Source: a virus. From it: a stretch of 64,000 nt of DNA. Position numbers and translations under genes: made by a program. The stretch lies in the UHGV virus genome UHGV-1367859; one strand, written 5' to 3'. Position 1 is the stretch's first letter. Each line of letters opens with the position of its first letter. The notes beneath the pieces are model-generated. The model was given only the letters and a program-made list of their open reading frames with translations. It made no database searches and was not told where the DNA came from. Of the stretch, positions 10,748-20,451 are shown piece by piece.

Positions 10748-12580
10748 TCATATCAATCCTCTTTTGACAAACTCATCCATAAGTGAATCTGCAAGTTCCT
10801 GAGCTTGTGGATGAGGTTTTCCAGTTTCAGCAATCCTACTTCTGAGTCTAAAGAATTTCTTCCAATCAGATACAAACCCAGTTACAACTAATTCTGTCTT
10901 TAAGGAGTTTGGTAAAACAGTCCTTGCTTGCTGAGGAGTCCAACCCATTTTAAGAAGATTCATATAACTTGCTTCTGCATTTAACATTGCAGAACTCCAT
11001 TCCATATCAGGTACAGAAGGACCTTCTTGTTCCTTATTAGGACAATGAGTATTAACCCAGTTAGGAATAATAAAAGTAAGTTCATTTCCAAACTTATCCT
11101 TAGAATAGTTACAATACCTTGTACTTTCCTGAGCAAAAGAGAATACTCTGTGTCTTACAAATTCATGGGATACTCCCCTATCAGTTGTAAACCTCACAGT
11201 AATTCTCTTTTCATGATATTCTGTAGGTTCACAAAGATACTCAAGAACTCCTTGTAAGCCATGTTCTATAATTACTCTGTAGTTAGTCGTATAGTAGTAA
11301 TAATCTCCATCACTAGTATATTTCGTATAAGGATTTAGGCATAAAATACTCCAATTAGTGCCAAACTGGAACCCTTCATCTACAACACTATTAGGGACTT
11401 TAAGGTACACAGTACCATGCTCTAGCATTGCACAGTTACCACAGATAGAAGTAACCCCATTGTCACCTCTAACTATAATCAAGCCAGTAGAGACAGTAAC
11501 ACAATAAACTCTCTCTGTTTTATTAGTTATTCTAACTTTAGAGTCTGGGTTTCTACTATCATTGTTAATAGTATAATCAGTATCTAACAAAAGAATTTTA
11601 TACACAGGATTGTGTACAGGAGTTTCATGACAAATTCCTCTGAATGAGGCTGTATAACCGCCAATAGGGGCTACAGAGTTTATCCAATCTATGATGCTAT
11701 AGCTGGTGCTGGTAAAAGTAACAGTCTTGGTATTTACTCCAACACTCCCATCAGAGTTAATCAATCCTTTTATTATAGAATTAACAGCAATAGGGTCATC
11801 AGCTTTATACATCATTGGAATGTATTTACCATTATAATAAAACTGAGAATTAACCAGCTCTCCTATACCATCTCTAACTACTTTGTAATAATTTCCCTTA
11901 CCTATCTCAAATTTATACCCTAGCTCATTACATAGATTTATAAGATACTCTATTTTCCTGTCTTTCTTAAGATGGAATACTAACTTATTTATTGTATCTT
12001 TTTGGTAGCAACCATCTCCTAGCCAGAATCCTATTAGTTCATAGAAAGGGTTAGTGTAGATAGGTTTTGGACAATGTTTAGGAGATTTGAACATCCTCTC
12101 TCCAAGGGTCTTTTCTCTACCATTATTATCCTTATAGGATTGCCCACATACAAAGACATCATAGTAAGAACTATTATAAAAGTTATTTCTACTTTCTCTA
12201 AATAGCCCATACATTCTATGCCCATCTGTAACTTCTAAACCTAGTGATGGGTAGTAATAGAAGTTACCAGTGTATTCATGAGATATTACTCTAGTAGGGA
12301 ACTCAAAGCCAATAAATTGGCTAGAGTCTCTATCTACAACAGCTACTTTTTCTCCACTATAACTATGCCAAGGAACCCACCCTCTTTCAGTGAGAACCTC
12401 ACTACTACCTGTATAACAATGTTGAGAAGCAATCATCCTGTCAACAAAGTCCTTTGCTGTTTGACCCTCTGGCCTTTTACTTTTATAACAAGTCCTACCT
12501 GCCCTCTCTACAGCTTCATAGATACCATCTAAACCAGGACCTTGCTCATATATTTCAAAGGAAGGTTTGATTAGTTTCAT
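10748..12580 (-). CDS. thyX: FAD-dependent thymidylate synthase ThyX interrupted by an intein
   Basis: Exteins carry ThyX signatures: RTCYKS, H-[insert]-CAMLEHG (cf. GHxSxLEH) and RHRVFSFAQESTRY (RHR...S.QE.S.RY motif). The 328-aa insert begins CYTGSSEVLTERGW and ends ...ICGN followed by Cys. Joined exteins ~282 aa. Confidence 0.8.
   Translation of the reverse strand: MKLIKPSFEIYEQGPGLDGIYEAVERAGRTCYKSKRPEGQTAKDFVDRMIASQHCYTGSSEVLTERGWVPWHSYSGEKVAVVDRDSSQFIGFEFPTRVISHEYTGNFYYYPSLGLEVTDGHRMYGLFRESRNNFYNSSYYDVFVCGQSYKDNNGREKTLGERMFKSPKHCPKPIYTNPFYELIGFWLGDGCYQKDTINKLVFHLKKDRKIEYLINLCNELGYKFEIGKGNYYKVVRDGIGELVNSQFYYNGKYIPMMYKADDPIAVNSIIKGLINSDGSVGVNTKTVTFTSTSYSIIDWINSVAPIGGYTASFRGICHETPVHNPVYKILLLDTDYTINNDSRNPDSKVRITNKTERVYCVTVSTGLIIVRGDNGVTSICGNCAMLEHGTVYLKVPNSVVDEGFQFGTNWSILCLNPYTKYTSDGDYYYYTTNYRVIIEHGLQGVLEYLCEPTEYHEKRITVRFTTDRGVSHEFVRHRVFSFAQESTRYCNYSKDKFGNELTFIIPNWVNTHCPNKEQEGPSVPDMEWSSAMLNAEASYMNLLKMGWTPQQARTVLPNSLKTELVVTGFVSDWKKFFRLRSRIAETGKPHPQAQELADSLMDEFVKRGLI
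11435..12418 (-). mobile_element. intein with LAGLIDADG homing-endonuclease domain inside thyX
   Basis: N-terminal Cys (CYTGSSEV), block-B-like TDGH, two LAGLIDADG motifs (LIGFWLGDGCY, IKGLINSDGSVG), C-terminal ...VTSICGN|C. Penultimate residue is G, not H, so boundaries are +/- a few residues. Confidence 0.65.
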
Positions 12581-13014
12581 AGAATAATTACTTTACCGTT
12601 TTGACATTCCTTAGCTTCTTTATCTGCCTTGTTATAATCATCAAAGACCTTAACTTCACCATCCTCATCAGTTACCAGACTAATGAAACCATTGAAGTCC
12701 TCAATGACTACAAGCTTTGACTTAGGTAGTTCTACACCTTCAGGCATCTTTGGGAAGGGCATCCAAGGAGATGTTCCTCTGCATCCTACAATGAGGATTA
12801 AGATTACAGCCCACATAGATAAAGACATACCTGAACTGTCACTGAGTTTAGTTATACCCTGTATCACATTGTCCAAGTGCTCTAAGTTTTTATTACCAAG
12901 AGCCTCTTTGAACCTCTCATCCTTGAGAATAGCGTCTACTACCTCACTAGGAGTCATTTCTTCTAGTTTCTTTTCTTCCATATTGTTTTTATTTAGATGT
13001 ATTTGTGAGTTCAT
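12577..13014 (-). CDS. hypothetical protein with one hydrophobic segment
   Basis: ORF track. 4-nt ATGA overlap with the thyX start. Confidence 0.4.
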   Translation of the reverse strand: MNSQIHLNKNNMEEKKLEEMTPSEVVDAILKDERFKEALGNKNLEHLDNVIQGITKLSDSSGMSLSMWAVILILIVGCRGTSPWMPFPKMPEGVELPKSKLVVIEDFNGFISLVTDEDGEVKVFDDYNKADKEAKECQNGKVIIL

Positions 13015-13255
13015 GGATGAAGTTGTTGATAATACTGGACCTGGTAAAACCGACCCATCTACATATCACTTCATCATGGTCACCTATTAGAATCATTGTA
13101 GGTATAGGCCTGATACTGAACTTGGTCGATAAGTCTTCCTTATCTTCATCAATATCAACAGCTACAACTTCCACATCTATGGGGTTTTCCTCAAACTCCT
13201 TAGTCTGTTGTTTGCAAGGTCCACACCAGCTTGCTTTGAATTGTAATAGTTTCAT
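12989..13255 (-). CDS. trx: thioredoxin
   Basis: WCGPC active-site motif at residues 10-14. 88 aa, thioredoxin-size. Confidence 0.8.
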   Translation of the reverse strand: MKLLQFKASWCGPCKQQTKEFEENPIDVEVVAVDIDEDKEDLSTKFSIRPIPTMILIGDHDEVICRWVGFTRSSIINNFIHELTNTSK

Positions 13256-13554
13256 TTCAGTATCTTTCCTTTATGTTTTACTATGTCTACTTTTGTTCCG
13301 AAAGCCCACTGACAGTGGTTGGTATCATGTCCCAACTTCTCAATGAACTCCTCGTCTACCTCTATGTCAGAAGATATGTCATAGATATGAACTTCAACCT
13401 CCTGACATAGAAATTTATCAAAGTCCCATGAGTTATTGCAGCACAACGGGCAATGGTTGGGACAGTCTGTTGTCACTAAGAGTCGAAGTTTTCTATTTCT
13501 TTCCATCATTTCCATAGTGTACATGGTTAACAGTAGTCTGCTTGACATGACCAC
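13252..13554 (-). CDS. Cys-rich small protein (TTDCPNHCPLCC), possible redoxin/metal-binding; true start may be internal
   Basis: ORF track. Cys cluster. Between thioredoxin and a zinc-ribbon ORF. Confidence 0.35.
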   Translation of the reverse strand: MVMSSRLLLTMYTMEMMERNRKLRLLVTTDCPNHCPLCCNNSWDFDKFLCQEVEVHIYDISSDIEVDEEFIEKLGHDTNHCQWAFGTKVDIVKHKGKILK

Positions 13555-13660
13555 AGAGAGGACACTTCAATGTAGTATAGGAAGTTCCCATCTCATACTT
13601 AGTCTCAGGCTTATACTCTATCAGCTTGCCACAGCCCTCACATATTACATATCTTGCCAT
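13493..13660 (-). CDS. small zinc-ribbon protein (~55 aa)
   Basis: Hand translation MARYVICEGCGKLIEYKPETKYEMGTSYTTLKCPLCGHVKQTT... has CxxC...CxxC. Below the 60-aa cutoff of the ORF track. Confidence 0.35.
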   Translation of the reverse strand: MARYVICEGCGKLIEYKPETKYEMGTSYTTLKCPLCGHVKQTTVNHVHYGNDGKK

Positions 13661-13818
13661 ATCAGTTCTTGTTTATTATCTCGGCAAGTGCCTTCTTTGC
13701 TTCTATCAAGGTATTCTGAGCCTTACTGTTTCCCTTCAATTCATCATACTCCTGTTCAAACAGGAATGAAGATATTTGATTAAACAGTTTAAGTGAAGCC
13801 TTTGCCTTTGTTTTACAA

Positions 13819-14262
13819 CTATAGTTTATTCCCATCTTCCAGCATCTTTATTCTGTCATGTATGTACCAGACAGCCTTCTTCAAGTCCTGAATGGTCTTC
13901 TCTCTGTCAGTCATTCCTTCCTCTGACTTGTGTCCAGCCCGGAGCAGATATTTTACAGCATTGCCAGTGTCAAAGTCAAGCCATCTTGTGATGTCTATGA
14001 CCTCAATGCCACACTTCTCCTTGAGCCATGTATAGTGACTGGGATGATTGACCTTATCCTCTGTAACAGGAGCAGATTTAGTCTCATATGTAGGGGCAAA
14101 GTAGTTTCTATCCTCTACAATCTGAGGCATCTGAGTTACTTTCTGCTGCCCATTTGTATTGACAACAGTGCGGTTGTCAGGCAGAAGGACTACATGGTCT
14201 CCCTTGGTGGCAAACCTGAAGTCCTCTATATAGAAATCTTTTATACACAAATATTCTTTCAT
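13819..14262 (-). CDS. phage protein with NHPSHY motif (DUF3310-like)
   Basis: VNHPSHYT...IEVIDI...GNAVKYLLRAGHK pattern typical of the DUF3310 family common in phage replication modules. Confidence 0.5.
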   Translation of the reverse strand: MKEYLCIKDFYIEDFRFATKGDHVVLLPDNRTVVNTNGQQKVTQMPQIVEDRNYFAPTYETKSAPVTEDKVNHPSHYTWLKEKCGIEVIDITRWLDFDTGNAVKYLLRAGHKSEEGMTDREKTIQDLKKAVWYIHDRIKMLEDGNKL

Positions 14263-14306
14263 ATTGGTTGAATGAAAGGTAAGGGACTTAAATGTCCCTT
14301 ACCATG

Positions 14307-16628
14307 TTAATGTATCCAGTGGTCAGAGAGTTCTGCATCAGCAGGCAGTTCCAGTTTCCTACAGAAGTAGGAGCCAGCTCTGCTCATGCAGTCTTGCAGA
14401 ACCTTCTTCATTTCCTCCGCAATCTCTTCAGGAACTTCTATGTTCCATTCATCATGTGCAGGAATACACAGTAAAACCTTAAAGAGTAGGTCATGTTCCA
14501 CAAGATAGTCCCAAAGAAATACTGAGGCAGTCTTGAACATAACAGCACCTGTACCTTGACAAGGATAGTTGATTGCCTGCTTCTCAGAAGCAGCCTTCCT
14601 CTTGAAGTAGTGTCTTACAGGATGGACATAGACATCAGAGATAGTTACAGTAACCTCCTTTGTCTCTTCCATCTTGCCTTTCTTCTTGGTATAGGTATAA
14701 ACACCAGCCATAGATTCAAAAGGTTCACCATTAGCAAACCTCTGATATAACTGTTGAAGGGCAGCCTTAGGAATTTTCCTATTGTCATGTCCTTTGTGTT
14801 TCTTGTAAACATCCCAGAACTCTCTTGTGAACCTAGCTTTAGTTCTCATAAGTAAATCATAGTCATAAATATAAGCCTTATGATGACTTATAGAATTAAG
14901 AATTATGAAACCATGTTCCATGACAAACTTTCTCTGTCTATCCTGATATGTCTTCATACCCTTAAAACCCTTCATATAACTATCATATATCTTCTGAGCT
15001 TCCTCTATAGGTATACCTTTGTTATTCTTGATAGTGTTGGCATCTCCACCATAATTGATGGCAAATTCAACACCTTTGGCTTCACTTCTCCAATGTTTGA
15101 ATCTCTTCTTTACTTCTTCTACAGGACAGTCACCTATAATATCAGGATAGGACATCTTGGCTACCAATGAATGGACATCACCACAACCATGATTAAACAG
15201 GTCTAGTAATGCCATATCATTGGTTATGTCAGCTATAATCCTACTTTCCTGACCACTATAGTCACAGCTAATCCACTTCATACCTGGCCCAGATATGAAA
15301 CAAGCTCTGGTTACAGGGTCAGCAGGAAAGTTCTGAAAGTTAAGATACTCAAGACCATTAGCCTTATCCTTACCTCCTGAACTTAATCTACCTGTATCTG
15401 TGCCTAACTGATTGAAGTTGGTATGGATTCTCCTGCTCCTTTCATTTATCTGATTGAGAACATTCTGTCCATAAGTAGAGGTTACTTTCTTAGCAGCCTT
15501 ATATTGAAGATAAAGATAAGCTAAAGTTGACTTATCCTGTTGAGGTTCTATGACTTTAGACTCAGTGCTATGCTTCATTTCACCAGTCTCATCATCTTGA
15601 ACCAACAGGTCAAATCCTAATGATAAGAGAAGAGGAACTACCTGCTTGGGGCTATCCCAATTTATAGTACACTCTCCTTCTCTTGATTCTTCAAATAGAT
15701 TTGCTGGTATATCAGGTCCTACAAACTTAGGGTCTATATTACCTTCAACTACCACTCTATAAGCTTCACAATAGCCTCTCTTCTCTCCTTTGATGTCCAT
15801 TTCAGGGCATCTTTCACCCTTCATACTGGCTCTGGCCTTCTCTAAATCCTCTTCATCAACACCATCAGTCTGTAGATAGTGATAAGCAAAGTTTCTCCCT
15901 TTTACACAAGCAACAACCCAGTCATTAAGACCCTTCTTAAATACTCTTTCAGAGAAGCTATCAAGTTCCATCTTCTCCTGCCATTTCTGAACATCAAGAA
16001 GAACTCCACAATATTCTGTGTATGCCAGCCAAAGTACTGACATATTTTCATAGATAAGAGCATTGACAAGACCTCTTCTTTCAAGTTCAGGCTGTTGGGC
16101 TTCCATAATCTTTTCCAGATATTTCACATCATTGGCACCATACACAATGACTTCATCTGAAAGACCAGCCCACATAATCTTCCCTCGAACAGTCTTGTCA
16201 AGTTCAACTCCAAGATAGTTCTCACCTGCTGCCTTCAAAGACATACCATGAATGCCAGCAGGATAGCCAAGCCACATAAGTTTCTCAGCCAAGAAACCAT
16301 CATAGACTCTCTTAGGTACTATCCTTTTATGATATAGGAACTTCAAGTCAAACTTGATATTCCATCCTATAAAGAGTCTGTTTGATTCAAGATAGGCTTT
16401 ATACTGTTGTATATTAACTGTAGTGCAATCTATTACCACTTGAAATTCATAGCACCCTAACTGAACCATAAGGAGTTCCTTTGTATAAGGGTCAAATCCC
16501 ATAGTCTCAGTATCAAGTCCTACAACTCTCAAGGGTTCAAGCAGGGCCAGAGACTCTTCTACACTTACTATTTTGTAATGAGGAGATTCAATTCCAGGGA
16601 GAATTGCATTGGTAACAAGATAAATCAT
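14307..16628 (-). CDS. polA: family A DNA polymerase with 3'-5' exonuclease domain
   Basis: Exo I motif GLDTET. Pol motif A DYSGQESRI (cf. DYSQIELR), motif B RSEAKGVEFAINYGG, motif C PAHDEW. Confidence 0.9.
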   Translation of the reverse strand: MIYLVTNAILPGIESPHYKIVSVEESLALLEPLRVVGLDTETMGFDPYTKELLMVQLGCYEFQVVIDCTTVNIQQYKAYLESNRLFIGWNIKFDLKFLYHKRIVPKRVYDGFLAEKLMWLGYPAGIHGMSLKAAGENYLGVELDKTVRGKIMWAGLSDEVIVYGANDVKYLEKIMEAQQPELERRGLVNALIYENMSVLWLAYTEYCGVLLDVQKWQEKMELDSFSERVFKKGLNDWVVACVKGRNFAYHYLQTDGVDEEDLEKARASMKGERCPEMDIKGEKRGYCEAYRVVVEGNIDPKFVGPDIPANLFEESREGECTINWDSPKQVVPLLLSLGFDLLVQDDETGEMKHSTESKVIEPQQDKSTLAYLYLQYKAAKKVTSTYGQNVLNQINERSRRIHTNFNQLGTDTGRLSSGGKDKANGLEYLNFQNFPADPVTRACFISGPGMKWISCDYSGQESRIIADITNDMALLDLFNHGCGDVHSLVAKMSYPDIIGDCPVEEVKKRFKHWRSEAKGVEFAINYGGDANTIKNNKGIPIEEAQKIYDSYMKGFKGMKTYQDRQRKFVMEHGFIILNSISHHKAYIYDYDLLMRTKARFTREFWDVYKKHKGHDNRKIPKAALQQLYQRFANGEPFESMAGVYTYTKKKGKMEETKEVTVTISDVYVHPVRHYFKRKAASEKQAINYPCQGTGAVMFKTASVFLWDYLVEHDLLFKVLLCIPAHDEWNIEVPEEIAEEMKKVLQDCMSRAGSYFCRKLELPADAELSDHWIH

Positions 16629-16629
16629 T

Positions 16630-16779
16630 ACTCAAATTCAATAATAACTCCCTCTTCTCCTCTTGATATAGATTTGACTATGTTACCATCAATTTCAGTT
16701 CCTTTCTGTATAAAGGAACCACCAGAATAGTTTTCATCTTCTCTATATCTTGATTGAAGTCTTATTTGTTCTTTCATTT
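16630..16779 (-). CDS. small hypothetical protein (~49 aa)
   Basis: Hand translation MKEQIRLQSRYREDENYSGGSFIQKG... Fills the polA-to-protease gap. Below ORF-track cutoff. Confidence 0.25.
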
Positions 16780-17355
16780 GTGATATGCTACAAGTTCTGC
16801 AAAATCAAGTACATACTTGTGCTCTTTGAGGAAATCAGCACCAAGAATGCCATGCAGCTGCACTCCACATTCTTTCTTAACCTCCTCAAAGGAAGTATCA
16901 AGTCCTTCATTGACAAACAGATTGACCTTGAACTCTTCATTCTTATATTTAAGAATTGACTCAATCATCTTGCTGGTAGAGTCAGAACCTATTGAGGTAG
17001 TATAGGTATAATCTGTATCAATAGGTGTTCCTATCAGCATCTTTGCAGCACTCTTACTGATATGTGAATGGGAACCACCACTATCAAGAAGGAAGTTCAG
17101 CTTTGTATCTCCCTCAAGGAAGGTAATTACAGGTACTTGAGCCAAGTCCATAGACTCCTTGATAGAGATTTTAGCTTTTTCCTTGTTTATCTTACTCTCG
17201 AAGTGGTTGACAGTAAGTCCTACTGCCACCACTGCAAGAAGTACTATTCCAGTTTCTAAAATCATGCTTTCATATTGTTTTTTTTTGTTCTTACCTAGTG
17301 CCAGTGCTGCCAATTCCCTCTCTGTCAGGATTGTCAAGTTCATCAACCTCAACAA
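16774..17355 (-). CDS. membrane-anchored retropepsin-like aspartic protease (putative)
   Basis: N-terminal TM helix. FLLDSGGSHSHIS resembles the hhLDTGA(S/T) active-site motif of clan AA retroviral-type proteases. Confidence 0.4.
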   Translation of the reverse strand: MLRLMNLTILTERELAALALGKNKKKQYESMILETGIVLLAVVAVGLTVNHFESKINKEKAKISIKESMDLAQVPVITFLEGDTKLNFLLDSGGSHSHISKSAAKMLIGTPIDTDYTYTTSIGSDSTSKMIESILKYKNEEFKVNLFVNEGLDTSFEEVKKECGVQLHGILGADFLKEHKYVLDFAELVAYHK

Positions 17356-17830
17356 TCTCTATACCAGAACTGAGGAGCCACTTAATCTTCTGCCACATAG
17401 TAGCCTTCTGACTAAGCTGGACTCTGAACTGACAGATTCTGTCACCTTCATTGATTGTAGTGTCCCTCAATGCTATAGCATTAAATCTCCACTCATCATT
17501 ATCACCACAGTAAGGCTGGTCAATTACTCCCTCACTATTGGCAAGAATTACTCCAAAGTTCTTGAAGGAGCTACTTCTAGAAAGAGCTACTGCTTCAAGT
17601 CCTTTGGGGAGTTGCATAGCAACACCAAGACCAATAAGCTTGGAGTCAAATGTAACATCTCTATGTGACACTTCTACTCCATCAACTGTATGCCTCTTTA
17701 ATGTCCCTGCCTGAGGAGCACTGAGATGTACAGTTTCAGCAGCTCTAAGGTCAATCCAATCTCCCTTTTCTATCACTTCGGGGAGAGGAATATTCTTATT
17801 TATTCTTTTTACTTTAATCTTCTGCTTCAT
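17291..17830 (-). CDS. dut: dUTP pyrophosphatase (trimeric dUTPase)
   Basis: Motif 3 ALSRSSSFKNFGVILANSEGVIDQPYCGD and C-terminal motif 5 REGIGSTG. Confidence 0.85.
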   Translation of the reverse strand: MKQKIKVKRINKNIPLPEVIEKGDWIDLRAAETVHLSAPQAGTLKRHTVDGVEVSHRDVTFDSKLIGLGVAMQLPKGLEAVALSRSSSFKNFGVILANSEGVIDQPYCGDNDEWRFNAIALRDTTINEGDRICQFRVQLSQKATMWQKIKWLLSSGIEIVEVDELDNPDREGIGSTGTR

Positions 17831-18350
17831 GTTTCCAAAATCTACTTGTTATGTCATACAACTTACTTTTACCTGTTGTAGTGTGAACTACCTTATAGAA
17901 CCTTTGATTGGTTGTTCTCTTATCAAGAGGTCCTTTGTCCTCCTCATAAGGTCCAACCTTGATATAGTCAAAGTACCATAGGTCTATCCTGTCACTTATC
18001 TCCTGTCTCCCACTGTACCAAGCTACTTTTATCTCAGGATGCTCTCCTTTTATGCACCCTGCCAAATAACTTACTACTATGGGTTCAGCATCTCCACCCA
18101 TTAAAGCTATACATGTTATGCCACTGTTGTTGTATATCAACCTGTCTATAGCTTCTGGGGTTAGCTCCTCACCTATGTCCTCGGCAAGATAAGATGAGTG
18201 GCAACCCTTGCAATGACAAGGGCAGCCACTTATACTTATTGCTAAAGTTATCTCATCTGGAACCTCTGCAAAGACTACTTGAGCATCAACATATTTCAAC
18301 ATTACTCTTATAGTATCTTTTCTTTGCCTCAATCTGCCTATCTTCTCCAA
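17814..18350 (-). CDS. nrdG: anaerobic ribonucleotide reductase activating protein (radical SAM)
   Basis: CxxxCxxC cluster within ISGCPCHCKGCHS. Small size. Immediately downstream of nrdD. Confidence 0.8.
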   Translation of the reverse strand: MEKIGRLRQRKDTIRVMLKYVDAQVVFAEVPDEITLAISISGCPCHCKGCHSSYLAEDIGEELTPEAIDRLIYNNSGITCIALMGGDAEPIVVSYLAGCIKGEHPEIKVAWYSGRQEISDRIDLWYFDYIKVGPYEEDKGPLDKRTTNQRFYKVVHTTTGKSKLYDITSRFWKHEAED

Positions 18351-20451
18351 ACTTGTCGATTGGCCTAAGATAACCTATTACTCTTGTGTAATAAGTGATA
18401 TGAGTTCCTCCACATTTAGGACACACTTTCATAATTGATTTGGTAATGTGCCCACACTTGTTACACTTGCTGTTAGGAATATTGAAGGTAAAATAGTTAG
18501 TACCCTGTGCTATTGCAAAATCTATCAGCTTAAGATATTGTTCCTTGCTAAGATGCTCTGCAAGATTGATATGTGCAGCAGAACCACCATCAGTATATTG
18601 ATAAGTCTTTCTTCCATGAAGAATAAACTTGTCAAGTACTGATGTATCGTCATGGGCATTGTAGAAATAACTATTATATAGGTTCTCATCTGAGGGCACC
18701 CAGTAATTATCAGCTAAATCCCATTGGTAGTTCTTACCACCTAATCCTTCAGCAGGAACTACTTCTGAGTTGAACAGGAAAGGTCTTTTCTTATCATGGA
18801 GTGAATGAAGTTTGTTCTGTTCTTTGATAGTTCCAAGAATAAGCTGGAGGAACTCAAAGTATTTCTCATTGTTGCTTACATCAAGACCTAAGAACCTTGC
18901 AGCTTCATTCAGACCATTGATACCAATGGTGCTATACAGCTTGCTTATGTGAATATATCCACCATTGCTTGCTGCAAACATACCTTTGTCTTCAGTTTCA
19001 TAGAGCATTGTCTTAAATGCAATATGATACTTATAAACCCTTTCCAGAATGTTTACGAGGTAATTCTTGAGCAATATCTTATCTCCATCCCACCATTCGC
19101 CTCTACTTAGATTGTTTATTCTTACACAATCTTGTACAATTCTGTTGATATTCAAAGTAATCACATTGCAACTACCTGTCATAACACCAGTAAGACCAGA
19201 GGTAGGACTGAAGGTATTCTCAGTGAGTTCATTCTTCAACCTACAACAGGAAGCAAGACTATCAGCACTATCTGATATATAGGTGAAGAAACTGTGTCCT
19301 TCTGCATACATTTCAGCAGTGAGCTGTTTATACTCCTTATCAATAATGTCTTTGCCATCATGAACCATAGCCATAGTTTCAACAGGGAATGTAAGCACCT
19401 GCTTCAATCTAAGTTGGTTAAACCACTTCATGAACATTCTTTGGAGAGTATCTATTGCTTTCCATTCAGGTCTTGAACCATCAGGATATGCAAATTCTCC
19501 AAAGAGTGACTCAAAGTAAGTATGGTCATAATAGGAGATATTGGTAAAGGGAGACTGATAGCTCCTATTACCAGCAGGTTGATTGATACCCCATACAAAC
19601 TGCTTGAAAGCTTTAAGTATAGAGTCTCTGATTGTTCTTTTCTGTACACAGAAGTCTGATGTGGCAATTTCATCAAGCTTCTCATACCATATAGGGCCAA
19701 ATTCTTTCACAATATAGTAGTTGAGAGCAATAAAGTATTCACCTACTGCTACTGCACCTTTACACTGTGAAGAAAGGAGGAAGATAAGGTTGGTAATCTG
19801 CCCACTAAAGGACTGTATATCATTAGGAGGACCTGGAGTTACCCCATCAATATTACCAACACCCTCAAGCATGAGAGGATAGAGACTCACTGCCATGCAA
19901 TACTGCTTGAGTACTGGAGTAGATGCCTCATCGTGGGTATATATAATGTGGTGATTTAGGTCTTCCTCATATCTCTTGGCAAGTTCAGGGAACATCTCAT
20001 TGAGCTTGTCCTTCATTCTCTGCCTTTGAATAGTCCTATTGGTGGTTTTATAAACCTCACCTTCAAGATTGGCAACATTCTTCATTGTGACATTTGCATT
20101 TGCATCTGTCTCAGAGGAAGTGGCTGCATTATCAGAAGAAGTGCTATACCTCTCCATATAATCCAGCCTTTCTCTTATAAATCTTGCCTGTTTATGATGC
20201 TCTCTATAAGTTACATATGCCCTTGCAACTTTATAAGGAGCCAAATCAAACAGAATCTTCTCAACTTCATCCTGTATATGTTCCACACTGAGAGTTACAT
20301 CTTTGTAATCCCGTGTAAATACATAGTTCAGTTCAGCTAAGATACCTTCTGATACTTCCTGACCTTGACTGGCATAGGCTGCTTTTACAGCTTTTTCAAT
20401 CTTGCCAATGTCAAAATCCTCTATTGAACCGTCTCTTTTTGTAACTTTCAT
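18286..20451 (-). CDS. nrdD: anaerobic ribonucleoside-triphosphate reductase
   Basis: N-terminal ATP-cone (VTKRDGSIEDFDIGKIEKAV). C-terminal Zn ribbon CNKCGH...CPKCG followed by glycyl-radical motif TRVIGYL (cf. RVCGYLG). Confidence 0.9.
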   Translation of the reverse strand: MKVTKRDGSIEDFDIGKIEKAVKAAYASQGQEVSEGILAELNYVFTRDYKDVTLSVEHIQDEVEKILFDLAPYKVARAYVTYREHHKQARFIRERLDYMERYSTSSDNAATSSETDANANVTMKNVANLEGEVYKTTNRTIQRQRMKDKLNEMFPELAKRYEEDLNHHIIYTHDEASTPVLKQYCMAVSLYPLMLEGVGNIDGVTPGPPNDIQSFSGQITNLIFLLSSQCKGAVAVGEYFIALNYYIVKEFGPIWYEKLDEIATSDFCVQKRTIRDSILKAFKQFVWGINQPAGNRSYQSPFTNISYYDHTYFESLFGEFAYPDGSRPEWKAIDTLQRMFMKWFNQLRLKQVLTFPVETMAMVHDGKDIIDKEYKQLTAEMYAEGHSFFTYISDSADSLASCCRLKNELTENTFSPTSGLTGVMTGSCNVITLNINRIVQDCVRINNLSRGEWWDGDKILLKNYLVNILERVYKYHIAFKTMLYETEDKGMFAASNGGYIHISKLYSTIGINGLNEAARFLGLDVSNNEKYFEFLQLILGTIKEQNKLHSLHDKKRPFLFNSEVVPAEGLGGKNYQWDLADNYWVPSDENLYNSYFYNAHDDTSVLDKFILHGRKTYQYTDGGSAAHINLAEHLSKEQYLKLIDFAIAQGTNYFTFNIPNSKCNKCGHITKSIMKVCPKCGGTHITYYTRVIGYLRPIDKFGEDRQIEAKKRYYKSNVEIC

